Source: an uncultured Rhodothermales bacterium (GTDB taxonomy: Bacteria; Bacteroidota; Rhodothermia; Rhodothermales; CAYLXM01). Taken from it: a stretch of DNA of 64,000 nt. The stretch is taken from the NCBI GenBank assembly GCA_964539455.1, contig CAZIIP010000001.1:2380-66379 (forward strand), in the 5' to 3' direction. Shown here piece after piece: positions 1-12,240 of the stretch. The notes below the pieces were generated by a model. That model searched no databases and had not been told where the DNA came from. It saw only the letters and a list, made by a program, of their open reading frames with translations. The translations under genes were made by a program, and so were the position numbers. Numbering within the stretch: the first letter of the stretch is position 1; each line of letters starts with the position of its first letter.

Positions 1-142
1 CTGATCCAACCATACCTGGGCTGCCAAATCCATCTGACCAAGTACCGTCGACAAGGTCAAACGAATTGACGACCACAGCACCAAACGTGACTGCTGCGCA
101 TACCGTAACTACGCTTATTGCTGGTAGCCGCGATGCTACCAC
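1..142 (-). CDS. possible 5' end of a secreted-protein gene running off the left edge (partial)
   Basis: Reverse strand from GTG at 142..140 reads (M)VASRLPAISVVTVCAAVTFGAVVVNSFDLVDGTWSDGFGSPGMVGS with no stop before position 1. The start is hydrophobic and signal-peptide-like. Too short for a family call. Confidence 0.25.
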   Translation of the reverse strand, partial: MVASRLPAISVVTVCAAVTFGAVVVNSFDLVDGTWSDGFGSPGMVGS

Positions 143-162
143 TAGAGTCTTGAAGAGGTGTA

Positions 163-3120
163 TCATTTGGCTAGCATCATTTTCTGGACCAAACGCTGAT
201 CGCCAGCCTCCATGACCGCAAAGTAAAGTCCGCTCGGAAGGTGGGATGCATCAAAAACAACACTGTGAATACCCCTTGCGAACTGGCGGTCGGCAAGAGT
301 TTCAACTTTTCGACCTATAGCATCATACACGATTATCTTTATGGCCGCTCTCTTTGGGAGAGAGAATTCAAACCGAGTCGTTGGGTTGAAAGGATTTGGA
401 TAGTTCTGTCTCAACTCTGGCTCCTCGGGAATCTCCTCTCCCAGAAATGCGTGAAGTGCTTTCGAGGATCCTCCGGCGGGGACGCTTTCAAAAGTGGCGG
501 TTGCAGCAGGGTTTCCTCCTGTACCGGTAACGGCCAAGCCGACAAGTACGGTATTGCTCATAGATATCGAGACAGTGCTGCCAATCTGCGTCCACGAACC
601 ATTCGTGTTTGAGGCATACGCCGAGAAATTATTGCCCTGGCGCACAATGCGAACCCACTCCGGTGGAGCGTGGGTGCCATAAACACCAGTTTTGTCGGTG
701 GTGCCGTTCGTGGTTGTTCTCCGCTGAAACCAGCCCGCGGGTGAGCCGTCGTCAGGAAGAACCAATGCGTACGCGTTCTTAGATCCTGTATTGAGGCTCT
801 CCCTTATCATGACACCAGCTTTCGCATAGCTCGTACTCCCTCCGGTAAGAGACACCACCCGAGCCCTATAGTCGATATCGCCCGTGACAGAGTAGTATGC
901 GTAATGGAAGTCGTCTCCTGAGGACCATATATCGCCGGCACCAGTTACGTTGACTAATCCACCCGGTGTGGTTGATGTAGATCCTGTCTGATTCGGAAAG
1001 CCCACATCGTCACAGGTGTATCCAACCGGGCAACCACCAGATGGCGGAGGATTGCTACCCGCTGGGGGAAGATCGGTAATCGTAGCAGTGGCGACCGGCT
1101 TATTGACCGAGCTTGTAACAGCAACTCCAACAAATGCAGAACTGCTCATTGGGATACTGACAGTAGGCCCAATCTGTACCCACGATCCGTCTATGTCAGA
1201 GGCATACGCTGAGAAGTTGTTGCCCTGGCGTACAATACGAACCCATTCCGGTGGGGCATGGGTGCCATATATACCAGATTTGTAGGTGGTGCCGCCTGTT
1301 GATGTTCTCCGCTGAAACCAGCCGGCTGGGGAGCCGTCGTCAGGAAGGATCAGCGCGTAGGCGTTTCTGGCCGTCCGCGTAAGTGATTCGCGAATCATAA
1401 CGCCGGCCTTGGCATAGTTGGGATCTCCTCCAGTGAGCGATGTCACGCGAACCTTGTAGTCGATGTCACCGTCTACCGCGAAGTGCACGAAGTGGAAGTC
1501 GTCATCGTTGGACCAAATGTCCCCTCCACCCGATACGCTCACCGTATTTCCAACGGTGTTTGTAAACCCTGAGTGGGCCGGGGAGCCAATGTCAAGGCAC
1601 GAGTATCCAGTAGGACACGTACCAGGGCCCAATACAGAGGCAAGTGCAGCTGCTGCGTCGATTCTTCCGTATCCGAGCCGTTGATTCCAGGTATTGCCAC
1701 CTTCGCCTATGACGTTATACGGGTACTCAGCCGCATTCGCCTTAAACGTAGTAGATATTAGGTTGTCAAAAACCTCTGGCGGCGTGATTGTTGGATCAAC
1801 GGAAATCATCAATCCCGCCAACGCCGCCGTCAACGGCGCAGCCATAGAAGTGCCTGTGCGCGTAACCGAGTTCGGGGTGCCATCTGGATTTACATGAAGC
1901 ACTCGAACTGCAATTCCTGGAGCTGCAACATCGATAAATGCGCCCTCTTGGTCTGTAATGGGATTGGTACCGGGGCTCCAGTTGTATGGACACAGATTCG
2001 CAGGGCTACAGTTGTCGTAGTACTCATCGTTTATGTCCGTGGCAGCTACAGCAATAACCTGCGCATTCAAATTAGGATAGGCATATGCAGCCGGAGCGAC
2101 TGCACAAGGCGGACCAGAACAATAGCTCAGAGATGTAATTTGTGGCGGATCATTGCCCGCTCCCGCAACAACTACAATCCCAACAGTAAGCGCATCTTCT
2201 ATTGCATCTCGAATGAGGGTGTGATTGTAGTAATATGGCCAAATCCAGCTCATATTGATTACGTCTACACCATCATTTACGGCGTTTAGAATCCCAGCGT
2301 CACTGGCATTATATCCACGCAGATTGATGTCCCAACCCAAGCTGGCATGCCAGTCTTGATTGTCAGTTTCGGCCCCTGCCATCCCGGCAACCCAATTACC
2401 ATGTTCGGTCCAGTTTGACCTTGACGGATGCAGGGTTAGCTTCGAGTCGAGATCAACGTGGATGGCGCGTACGGCATCGGAGGCCTCTGATATGCCAATT
2501 GTAACTGGCCCCGATTGGGAAGAGCCGTGCGTAATATCCCATGCTGGATCAGCGTTGATCGCAAAAAGACTCCATTGAACATTGGTGTTGTAGCCCCAAT
2601 CATTCGGTGTGTCGGTCGGTATCGCGAGAATGGGAGGCTCAATTACTTCAACCACTCTCTTGTTCTCTCGCACGTCATTTAGCACATTCTCAATACTTGC
2701 TGGTTTGTCAAATATGAGGTTGAACAGGCGTGATTGGTCGTGGACCACTACCAGATCTCCAGTTCGAATATTCCGTCTGAGCGAATCGGAAGGATGCGCA
2801 AAAGGAAAGGTACGCTCCATTCTCACGGCACCATATTTGAGGACCAACCGGCTTAATAATTCTTTGGTCTCCCTCGCGCCTTCGGGCAGATTCTCGGGGT
2901 TTATTGTTGCAGTTGTTGGAAGTGTCCTCCAAGCGCCTCGACTAATCCTGACACTGTAAGAATTCGCATACAACCTGCCGTCATCATCCGAATGAACAGG
3001 AGATGACCAACCGCCAAGTTCAGGCGTTTCGAGACGTAGCGATTGAGCTCTTAGGGCCGGGCTCGTCAGCATTGAAGCTGCTATCATGGCGGCCACGATG
3101 CATCGGTATGTGAATTGCAT
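163..3120 (-). CDS. secreted subtilisin-like (S8) serine peptidase with two tandem concanavalin/DUF1349-like modules and a T9SS C-terminal sorting domain
   Basis: ORF 163..3228, with the start moved to Met37 (MQFTYRCIVAAMIAASMLTSPALRAQS, a signal peptide; cat at 3118..3120). Subtilase His motif HGNWVAGMAG, oxyanion AGAGND, Ser motif GTSMAAP. Two ~185-aa repeats. The tail NYPNPFNPTTRFEF...IVYDAIGRKV...LPSGLYF...K is typical of T9SS type-A CTDs. Confidence 0.85.
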   Translation of the reverse strand: MQFTYRCIVAAMIAASMLTSPALRAQSLRLETPELGGWSSPVHSDDDGRLYANSYSVRISRGAWRTLPTTATINPENLPEGARETKELLSRLVLKYGAVRMERTFPFAHPSDSLRRNIRTGDLVVVHDQSRLFNLIFDKPASIENVLNDVRENKRVVEVIEPPILAIPTDTPNDWGYNTNVQWSLFAINADPAWDITHGSSQSGPVTIGISEASDAVRAIHVDLDSKLTLHPSRSNWTEHGNWVAGMAGAETDNQDWHASLGWDINLRGYNASDAGILNAVNDGVDVINMSWIWPYYYNHTLIRDAIEDALTVGIVVVAGAGNDPPQITSLSYCSGPPCAVAPAAYAYPNLNAQVIAVAATDINDEYYDNCSPANLCPYNWSPGTNPITDQEGAFIDVAAPGIAVRVLHVNPDGTPNSVTRTGTSMAAPLTAALAGLMISVDPTITPPEVFDNLISTTFKANAAEYPYNVIGEGGNTWNQRLGYGRIDAAAALASVLGPGTCPTGYSCLDIGSPAHSGFTNTVGNTVSVSGGGDIWSNDDDFHFVHFAVDGDIDYKVRVTSLTGGDPNYAKAGVMIRESLTRTARNAYALILPDDGSPAGWFQRRTSTGGTTYKSGIYGTHAPPEWVRIVRQGNNFSAYASDIDGSWVQIGPTVSIPMSSSAFVGVAVTSSVNKPVATATITDLPPAGSNPPPSGGCPVGYTCDDVGFPNQTGSTSTTPGGLVNVTGAGDIWSSGDDFHYAYYSVTGDIDYRARVVSLTGGSTSYAKAGVMIRESLNTGSKNAYALVLPDDGSPAGWFQRRTTTNGTTDKTGVYGTHAPPEWVRIVRQGNNFSAYASNTNGSWTQIGSTVSISMSNTVLVGLAVTGTGGNPAATATFESVPAGGSSKALHAFLGEEIPEEPELRQNYPNPFNPTTRFEFSLPKRAAIKIIVYDAIGRKVETLADRQFARGIHSVVFDASHLPSGLYFAVMEAGDQRLVQKMMLAK
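481..1617 (-). repeat. intragenic tandem duplication, two ~185-aa modules (copy A 1069..1617, copy B 481..1032; period ~585 nt)
   Basis: aa 538-720 and 733-916 of the peptidase are colinear (CPTGYSC/CPVGYTC, GDIWS, GDIDY[KR][VA]RV.SLTGG, YAKAGVMIRESL, NAYAL[IV]LPDDGSPAGWFQRRT, GTHAPPEWVRIVRQGNNFSAYAS). DNA identity is obvious by eye, for example 600..780 versus 1190..1370. Confidence 0.85.
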
Positions 3121-4052
3121 AGCATTCTCGCGATTCGGTGGGTGAAACAACTGGTTCAAAGAATCTCCGTTCGAACTACCCGAGATCTGCTGGTCGCGCG
3201 CTTCCTTATTCCTCGCGCCTCTTGGCAAGCTCCTTGCCTCTCTGACAAACCTTACGAACGGTTTATTCCCCTGTCAACAGCATATACAACACAATCAGGG
3301 TATTCTAAAATGCACTAGGCGAGCAGGATACTTGAGCTTTCCTAGATGCGAGACCTCCGTACTAGTCTTGCCTGAACGTCTTGCTCTGACATCATCCGCG
3401 TATCACAAGTTAGAAATAGCTGTTATTCTGGGTTTTATGAGGTGTTCCAGGTCATCCAAACAATTACGCGCAATTAAACACGATCGACAATACACGCACT
3501 GCCACCGTCTCTTTATTGCGTGTAATGCCTTAGCGATAGTTTCTGCAAGCTTGTGCCCGGTCAACCTAGATCTGCTTAATTCAGGACCGGAGACGCTTTG
3601 AATACCCCAAGGACCAAAAGGTCTGCTCCCATGTCGCGGAAAAACAACACACCGCGTCGAGACCGGTACAACATAGGTACAGATCTACGCTCAAAACTGT
3701 CCCACTGAAGGCATGCCGCCGGGCTCGGCCAAAGCATTGACCTTCCTGCCAACTTTGGATAAGCAGGGTGCTTACCACAAGTCAGAAGTGCGCTTGTGTC
3801 AACCAGCATACAGCGGAAAGATCTGCGAAAACGATTTACCTCAGGACGCTCGTTTTACGAATTTCGACTCGTACAACTTGTCTCACTCGAACCTTGGGGT
3901 TGCACGTTGCGAGGTCAAGACTTCGTTCATATGTTCCTGTGGGGCCAGAGCTAATCCCCAAAATTCTATTGTGATTAACACTGCAGCGCGGTATATGCCG
4001 TTCTCATATAGTCGTCGCCAAATCGAATTCACAATCAAAAACGAACAGAATC

Positions 4053-4388
4053 ATGGTTTCATACGATCGTGCAGTTATCCAAGAGCTCGCGGAAAGGTTG
4101 TATGCCCGTGCGCAGAGAATTATAGTCGTTTCAGTCATTATAGGAATACTGATTGGCGCGCCTGTGGGACCAATACTCATTAAAGGTGCCCTTTCAGGTA
4201 GTAGCATCACTGCAGGAGGCGGACTACTTGGAATTTTGGGTGCTGGAATCGGAGGTTATATCGGGTATATCGTGGGACAGGGTAAAGCTTTCAAATATAA
4301 ACTGGAGGCGCAAATTGCACTTTGTCAAGTTCAAATCGAACGAAACACACAACGAATATCAGCAGACACGCAACAGACACAAGATTAA
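4053..4388 (+). CDS. small hypothetical membrane protein with a glycine-zipper segment
   Basis: 111-aa ORF with a hydrophobic core IIVVSVIIGILIGAPVGPILI and GGGLLGILGAGIGGYIGYIVG. It lies in a lower-GC stretch. No family recognised. Confidence 0.4.
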   Translation: MVSYDRAVIQELAERLYARAQRIIVVSVIIGILIGAPVGPILIKGALSGSSITAGGGLLGILGAGIGGYIGYIVGQGKAFKYKLEAQIALCQVQIERNTQRISADTQQTQD

Positions 4389-4659
4389 TTTCTGATTGGC
4401 ATCCTGAATGCTAACGTGGTTTTGGGTGAATTTTAACACAATCGCCCGAATGATGAATTTTATCGGCTGCTGTCGAGTGTCGAGAACCTCGACTATTCGC
4501 TACCTAGGGCTAAGAGTATTCCTCGGTACACACGTTGCATAATTATGATATTATGTTTCCGATAAAGGACGTTATCCGAAAGCTTTCCGGCGCTGTCCAT
4601 CACGGAATCCGTCAGGCTTTAATACGTGACCTTTGGAGAACTATTGCCTGAAATATGGT

Positions 4660-4673
4660 GGACGATGCCGTCC
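4660..4673 (-). terminator. weak hairpin just after the DinB-like ORF stop
   Basis: On the minus strand, GGACG-GCAT-CGTCC begins 2 nt after the stop at 4676..4678 and is followed by ACCATATTTC. Short stem and poor U-tract. Confidence 0.3.
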
Positions 4674-4675
4674 TT

Positions 4676-4918
4676 TCAGCCGGCGCCCCAAAGATCACTC
4701 GTATTGACGTCCCTTCCCATCAACTTGAGGTAATAGTAGAGTTGTCCCTTGTGCTGCGCCAGATGCGCAATCATGGCCATCAGGTGCTGGAATAACGTGC
4801 GTTCGGGACCACCCCAGGGTGCGGTAAACCGCGCGGTAAGCATTTCAGCTTCTTCAACATCCCGAAGACAGGATTGCGTAAGGTGCCGGTCCTTAAGCAG
4901 CGCGGGGAGAGGCCACAA
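4676..4918 (-). pseudogene. C-terminal half of a DinB/YfiT-like four-helix-bundle protein (probable gene remnant)
   Basis: The 80-aa ORF ends ...HLMAMIAHLAQHKGQLYYYLKLMG..., matching the last helices of DinB-family proteins (normally ~150-170 aa). It has a TTG pseudo-start, lies in the same frame as katG, and begins two codons after the katG stop. Confidence 0.45.
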
Positions 4919-4921
4919 GAA

Positions 4922-7213
<2,292 letters not shown>

Positions 7214-7424
7214 TCACCGACAAGCACGGTGAGGCCGTCGTCGGCCGCTCGGTTGTTAGCCGGTCGCCGGGAAGCCAGTCAAGTGCATCGAGCGAGATGC
7301 AGGGTTGGGCACGAAATGGTCCCTTGAGACATGCGAATGTCAGGATAAGCGATCGGTCGCCTCGAACGCGTCTTCAACAAACAGCGGCGCAGATTCGAGA
7401 ATCTGGAGATGATTCTGCCCGTCG

Positions 7425-9158
7425 CTACAACGCAACCTCCCCATACAGGTTCATCCCCGATCCACCGTTCGAGCCTGCGTCGAAGACGTAGCCGTATACC
7501 CTGGCGCCGTTCGCATTCGTGAGCAGCGTTCCGCGGATCCACTGGGTCTGAACGTCTATTGCAATCGCTTCGGGAGTCGACCACTCCGATCCATCTGAAC
7601 GCGTATGGAAGATGTTACCCGTGTCTTCTTCGACGAACAACACATGGACTGTTGCGCCGTCGGCGATGGCGTCGGCCGCGGTCTGATCGGAATCCACGGG
7701 ATTCTGTGCCACTAGGCGGTCCGTAATCTGTACCGGATCGGATAGTGGTCCGTCGCCGGTTTTCCTGCGCTCCCACAATGTGCCGTCCTCGATGCGATAG
7801 ATGACGACAACCGTGTGGGTCTCCGGAACGAACACAAGCGGCAGGATCGAGCCGACATCGTATTCGGTAGTGCCGAGATCAGATGTTATCAGTTGCCTGG
7901 GCGTCATGGAGCCGTCCGGTTGAATCGAGCGGACATAGCCGGTTCCGTCTGCGCCCGTGTAGGCCAAATGAACCGTGCTGTCCGCTCCGTTTACTACCAT
8001 CGGACCAGAGAGATTGGGCGCAATATCCTCGTCTATGATCGTCTCTTTACCCCACTGCCCTGCTGCCGACCGGATGTTGAACCGGATTTTCTCTGCGCCG
8101 CCGTAAACGCATACCAAACTCCCATCCGAACGAGCGGCTATCGAGGCCACCTGTGTGGGCGGCTGTGGCGGGGAGGCAACGAGTTCGTCACGTACCACCC
8201 AGCTGTCCGGTGTTGAGGGATGGTCCGATATCGAGAAGGCATGGTACCACACGTGATCGGATGTCTGGTGGAGAATATGGATGGTGTCACCCAATAGATC
8301 CGATCCAAGCCCTTCGAGGTCATCGGCCACCGGACGGTTCGCACCGTCCATTTCCCGCCAGGAGTCGCCGTCGTCGGAAGACTTGACGACCATCAACACG
8401 TTGTCGGTTTCCGCCGGCTCCATGATGAAATAGAGGTCCCCATTGGAGGCCTGCCAAGGACCGATCCGCCCGGGCGTTTCGACAAAAGTACCTCCCAAGT
8501 GTCCCGATGGCACGTCGAGCGTCACCTGAACCGGCTGATCGGATGCCAGTGGCTTTCCTCCGGCGTCGACCAGACGGAATTCGAGGGTATCGCCTGCGTC
8601 GTTTCTGACCGCCCCGTCCGCAAACCTGCGGATCACCAGCGGCCATTCCCATTCCGTGTGGGCGTTTCCGCCCGACCACACAGGCGTACGGGCGACCACA
8701 TTGAGACCGGCACCCGGCACAAAAGGGAGGTCCGATCCATTCAGCAGATCCGTCGTGGAGGCGGCGTGTTCATAGGCCTCTGTGGACGTGATGCTTACTC
8801 GCGGCGTCGCATTCTCCGGATATGGAAATTCCGAAACGATAACTGCCGACCAGTCTTCGTTGTTTCGCCGATACTGCAGACCATATTGATCCTGCCCGGC
8901 TGAATCCCCCGGACGTTCTACCTCAAAACGAATACGAAACGGCTGATCTGCAACGACGGTCGCAGATTCGTTGGTGGCAGCCGCCCATGCTGTATCTGCA
9001 TTTAGAGCTGCTGAGATATCCGCCCGTACCCTGTATGTTGAAAGTCGATCCGACGATGCACCGCCATTTTCGGAATAAGTACAGCCCGTTAGCAGACCGG
9101 ATACCACTGTTGTCAGCAGGTAGGTAATTGCAATGGGCAGTGATGTCTGGTGATTCAT
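7425..9158 (-). CDS. lipoprotein with N-terminal beta-sandwich and BNR/sialidase-like beta-propeller region
   Basis: Start at MNHQTSLPIAITYLLTTVVSGLLTGC (lipobox LTGC; cat 9156..9158). BNR-type SxDxGxxW motifs (SSDDGDSW, RSDGSEWS). Directly downstream of a TonB-dependent receptor on the same strand. Confidence 0.65.
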   Translation of the reverse strand: MNHQTSLPIAITYLLTTVVSGLLTGCTYSENGGASSDRLSTYRVRADISAALNADTAWAAATNESATVVADQPFRIRFEVERPGDSAGQDQYGLQYRRNNEDWSAVIVSEFPYPENATPRVSITSTEAYEHAASTTDLLNGSDLPFVPGAGLNVVARTPVWSGGNAHTEWEWPLVIRRFADGAVRNDAGDTLEFRLVDAGGKPLASDQPVQVTLDVPSGHLGGTFVETPGRIGPWQASNGDLYFIMEPAETDNVLMVVKSSDDGDSWREMDGANRPVADDLEGLGSDLLGDTIHILHQTSDHVWYHAFSISDHPSTPDSWVVRDELVASPPQPPTQVASIAARSDGSLVCVYGGAEKIRFNIRSAAGQWGKETIIDEDIAPNLSGPMVVNGADSTVHLAYTGADGTGYVRSIQPDGSMTPRQLITSDLGTTEYDVGSILPLVFVPETHTVVVIYRIEDGTLWERRKTGDGPLSDPVQITDRLVAQNPVDSDQTAADAIADGATVHVLFVEEDTGNIFHTRSDGSEWSTPEAIAIDVQTQWIRGTLLTNANGARVYGYVFDAGSNGGSGMNLYGEVAL

Positions 9159-9272
9159 TTTAGTCAGGTGTTTCTTAAAAGAAACGGGTACGCAGACCTG
9201 CGCACCCGTTTTCCACAAACTATTGAAAAGAGGCGCCGGTTTGGATTGGAAGCCGTCCGGCGGAGGGATTAC

Positions 9273-12143
9273 CTAGAGATTCACTGTGGCCCCGACTTCG
9301 AAAGTACGGCCCGTGAGTGCATGGAAGGTGCGCCTTGCGCGCAGACCTTGAAATTCACGCTCCGCCTCGTTCGTCAGGTTCCTGACGTAGGCATTGAGTT
9401 GAATTAGCCCTCCCAAGAGTTCGAGTCTACCGGAAAGATCGATCGTCAGCCGCTCGTCACCGTACTCGTCTTCGAATGCTACGTCACTCACTCCGTCGAG
9501 GTACTCGCTCTGGTAGTTCAGCGCGGCCCGGATCTCGAGCGCACCGAGTTGATAGTATGGAGCAATGTTGTAGATCAGATTGGATTGGTTGAACATGGGG
9601 ATGTCCTCATCCTCGCGACCCGGCACGGTTGCATCCGAAGTCATGATAACCACGTTCGAAGAGATACCGAGATCGTCCAACGGCGAGGGCAGGAAGTCGA
9701 ATATCTGCAAGAAGGAGATCTCCAGCCCGCCGACATATCCGGCATCCGCATTCCGCAATTGTGCGTAGCCGATTTCAGAAAAGAACCGGTCGTCGAATCC
9801 GGGAATGTCGCCGACATCCACGAGTATGTCTCGTCCGAGCACATCTTCCTGATCGAACTCGAACTGGTAGATCGGGTCAATGATGCGCTTGTAAAATCCG
9901 CCGATCGAAAAGAGTCCCCAGGGACCGCGATAGTACTCGACTGAAACGTCGAAATTCATAGCGCGAAGGGGCTTCAGTTCCGGATTGCCTTCCTCGATGC
10001 CGCCCTCCCAGATGCCGTCCTCCACTTCATCAAACTCGAAATCCTGAAAGGAGGAAAGCTCGGCGTAGTCCGGACGGCCGATCGTATTCGACCAGGCGCC
10101 ACGAAGCTGCACATTGTCGCTCAATCGATAGACCAGGTGCAGGGACGGCAACAGGTCGGTGTAGCTGTTTTCCAGACTCTGAAAGGTAATCTGGGCGTCC
10201 TCGAAGGTGTCGTCCGCTACGAAGCGGTAACGCTCTGAGGTGGTCGTCGTCGTCTCGACCCGCAATCCGCCGGTCGCCGTCACCGGTCCGATTCCGATGT
10301 TACCCATGAGGTAGCCTGCATAGACGTCTTCGGTCACAAATGCGTCAACCTCCACTTCCTCTTCCGCCGACTCGACCGGATCCAGGTTGAAGTATTCTCC
10401 TGCGGCGCTGTTGGCCTCGAAAAAGTCGAGGAAAGCCTCGACGTCACCCGCAATCGGCACCCTGGCATCGCCCTGAATGGGACCGGGAGAATCCGTAACG
10501 AACTGCGAAAGCGTAAGCGGCAGATCGCCGCCGGCCCAAGGATCTTCGTTGCGGTCGATATCCTTGTCACGCAGCAACGCTTTACCTCCCAGTTTCAGGA
10601 AGCCGGTTCCCTGGTTGAGGAGCAGATCCCAGCGGAGATTTGTCGAGACCTGCCAGGTGTTCTCACGCAGGTCCTCGAATTCGATATCCATCTCCGTATA
10701 AACATAGTTCTCCGGATCGCTGACGGCTGCCGGATTGTCGAAAACGAGCTCCTCGAAATCGTCACTTGTGTCATATGTGAGCGCGAATCCCTGATCGTCT
10801 CCCCATTCAGGCTGATACGTCAGGCGATCGCGTTCCCCGCGCGTGTACGTGCCGAGTACCTCCCAGGTGACATTCGTTCCGAATTGTTGCTCCGCGCCCA
10901 GCGTAAAGGCATACAGGCGCTCGTCGATGTCCGTCGTCGGAATGTCGAGCTCCGCCCGGAAATCTTCGTAACGGCCCGTTGTTTCGGAGGTGGGAATTAC
11001 GTCTCCCCCGTCGAACTGAACCTCGGTATTCGTGAAGTTTTCCTCGCGAAGTGAACCGTGAAGACGCGCGAAAAGCGCCGTTTGTGGCGTAGGCCTGAAA
11101 TCGAGGTTGATGTTGGTCGAGTAACGCAAGCGGTCGTTGTCCTCGACCTCTCTCTCATACTCGTCTGGCGCGATGATTCCATCGTCCGTTTCGTCCCAGT
11201 TGCTGGGTGAGGCAATCGCCGTGTTGAAATCCCGCCGCGAAGCCGTACCGGATACCACGATGCCCCATTCATTCCTGGATCCGAAACGCGTTCCGGCCGT
11301 CAAGCTGCTGCGGAAGGGAAGCCGTATTTCGCCGAAATCGGTTGTGAGTTGGTGCTTCATGCCGTTAAAAGAAGCCGATAGAAAGCTGCCTGCCCGGTCG
11401 AAGGCCGTGAGGGTATTGATGTTAACGGATCCACCGAGGGCATTTCCGTCCATATCCGGTGTGACCGCCTTGGCAACTTCGATGGTCGAAACCATCTCCG
11501 ACGGCACGAGGTCGAGCGCCGTCGCCCGCGTACCAGCCGATGAGGCCATCGCCTGACCGTTGAAGGTCACATTATTGCGGCTCGGGGAGGTGCCGCGAAT
11601 CGAGACAAAGCGCCCTTCACCACGGTCGGTACGGATCGTCACACCCGGAACCCGTTGGGTGGATTCCGCCACGTTGAGATCGGGTAGTTTTCCCACTTCG
11701 TCAGCCGAGATCACATCGACTACATTGAGCGCCTGCCGTTTTTCATTGATGGCCTTCACCTGTCCCCTGCGCAGACCGGTTACGACAACTCCGCCGAGTT
11801 CAATAGCGCTCGCTGCAAGAAAGAAATCCTGTTGAACGGTCTCCCCCTCCTCGACGGATACTTCCACTTCCTCCTTGGTGAAGCCGATGGATGAGGCCAC
11901 AATCGTACGTGTGCCGGCACTTACGGCCGGAATACGATAGTAGCCGTTCAAATTCGATGCGGCACCCTGTGTCGTACCCTCGATGATGACGTTTGCACCC
12001 GGCAGGGGATCACCGGTACTCTGTTCGAATACGAATCCTTCTATGGTACCCTGTGCTTGTGCAGTGCGAGGCGGCAGTGCCACCGCAAGAAGTACAAACA
12101 CGAAAACGGACCATGTGGGCATGCCCTTTTTAGCTCGCTGCAT
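9273..12143 (-). CDS. TonB-dependent receptor with N-terminal carboxypeptidase-regulatory-like domain
   Basis: Signal peptide, then GTIEGFVFEQSTGDPLPGANVIIEGT..GAASNLNGYYRI (CarbopepD_reg-like), a plug (VVVTGLRRG...RGEGRFVSIRG), a long barrel, and the terminal FEVGATVNL. Confidence 0.9.
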   Translation of the reverse strand: MQRAKKGMPTWSVFVFVLLAVALPPRTAQAQGTIEGFVFEQSTGDPLPGANVIIEGTTQGAASNLNGYYRIPAVSAGTRTIVASSIGFTKEEVEVSVEEGETVQQDFFLAASAIELGGVVVTGLRRGQVKAINEKRQALNVVDVISADEVGKLPDLNVAESTQRVPGVTIRTDRGEGRFVSIRGTSPSRNNVTFNGQAMASSAGTRATALDLVPSEMVSTIEVAKAVTPDMDGNALGGSVNINTLTAFDRAGSFLSASFNGMKHQLTTDFGEIRLPFRSSLTAGTRFGSRNEWGIVVSGTASRRDFNTAIASPSNWDETDDGIIAPDEYEREVEDNDRLRYSTNINLDFRPTPQTALFARLHGSLREENFTNTEVQFDGGDVIPTSETTGRYEDFRAELDIPTTDIDERLYAFTLGAEQQFGTNVTWEVLGTYTRGERDRLTYQPEWGDDQGFALTYDTSDDFEELVFDNPAAVSDPENYVYTEMDIEFEDLRENTWQVSTNLRWDLLLNQGTGFLKLGGKALLRDKDIDRNEDPWAGGDLPLTLSQFVTDSPGPIQGDARVPIAGDVEAFLDFFEANSAAGEYFNLDPVESAEEEVEVDAFVTEDVYAGYLMGNIGIGPVTATGGLRVETTTTTSERYRFVADDTFEDAQITFQSLENSYTDLLPSLHLVYRLSDNVQLRGAWSNTIGRPDYAELSSFQDFEFDEVEDGIWEGGIEEGNPELKPLRAMNFDVSVEYYRGPWGLFSIGGFYKRIIDPIYQFEFDQEDVLGRDILVDVGDIPGFDDRFFSEIGYAQLRNADAGYVGGLEISFLQIFDFLPSPLDDLGISSNVVIMTSDATVPGREDEDIPMFNQSNLIYNIAPYYQLGALEIRAALNYQSEYLDGVSDVAFEDEYGDERLTIDLSGRLELLGGLIQLNAYVRNLTNEAEREFQGLRARRTFHALTGRTFEVGATVNL

Positions 12144-12240
12144 GTTTATTTATGGTGGGTTGGTGACTGAGTGTATCACGAACCCGAATGGTAGCCATGC
12201 ACCGGACGAGGCAAGTTAAGCGCCTGTTGTGTTGTGGTGA

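Noticed and set aside
3332-4183. ORFs 3332..3601, 3713..4183 and 3768..3974 in the lower-GC gap
   Set aside because: They are short and mutually overlapping, Cys/Arg-rich, with no motifs or plausible start contexts. I treat the region as non-coding or decayed.
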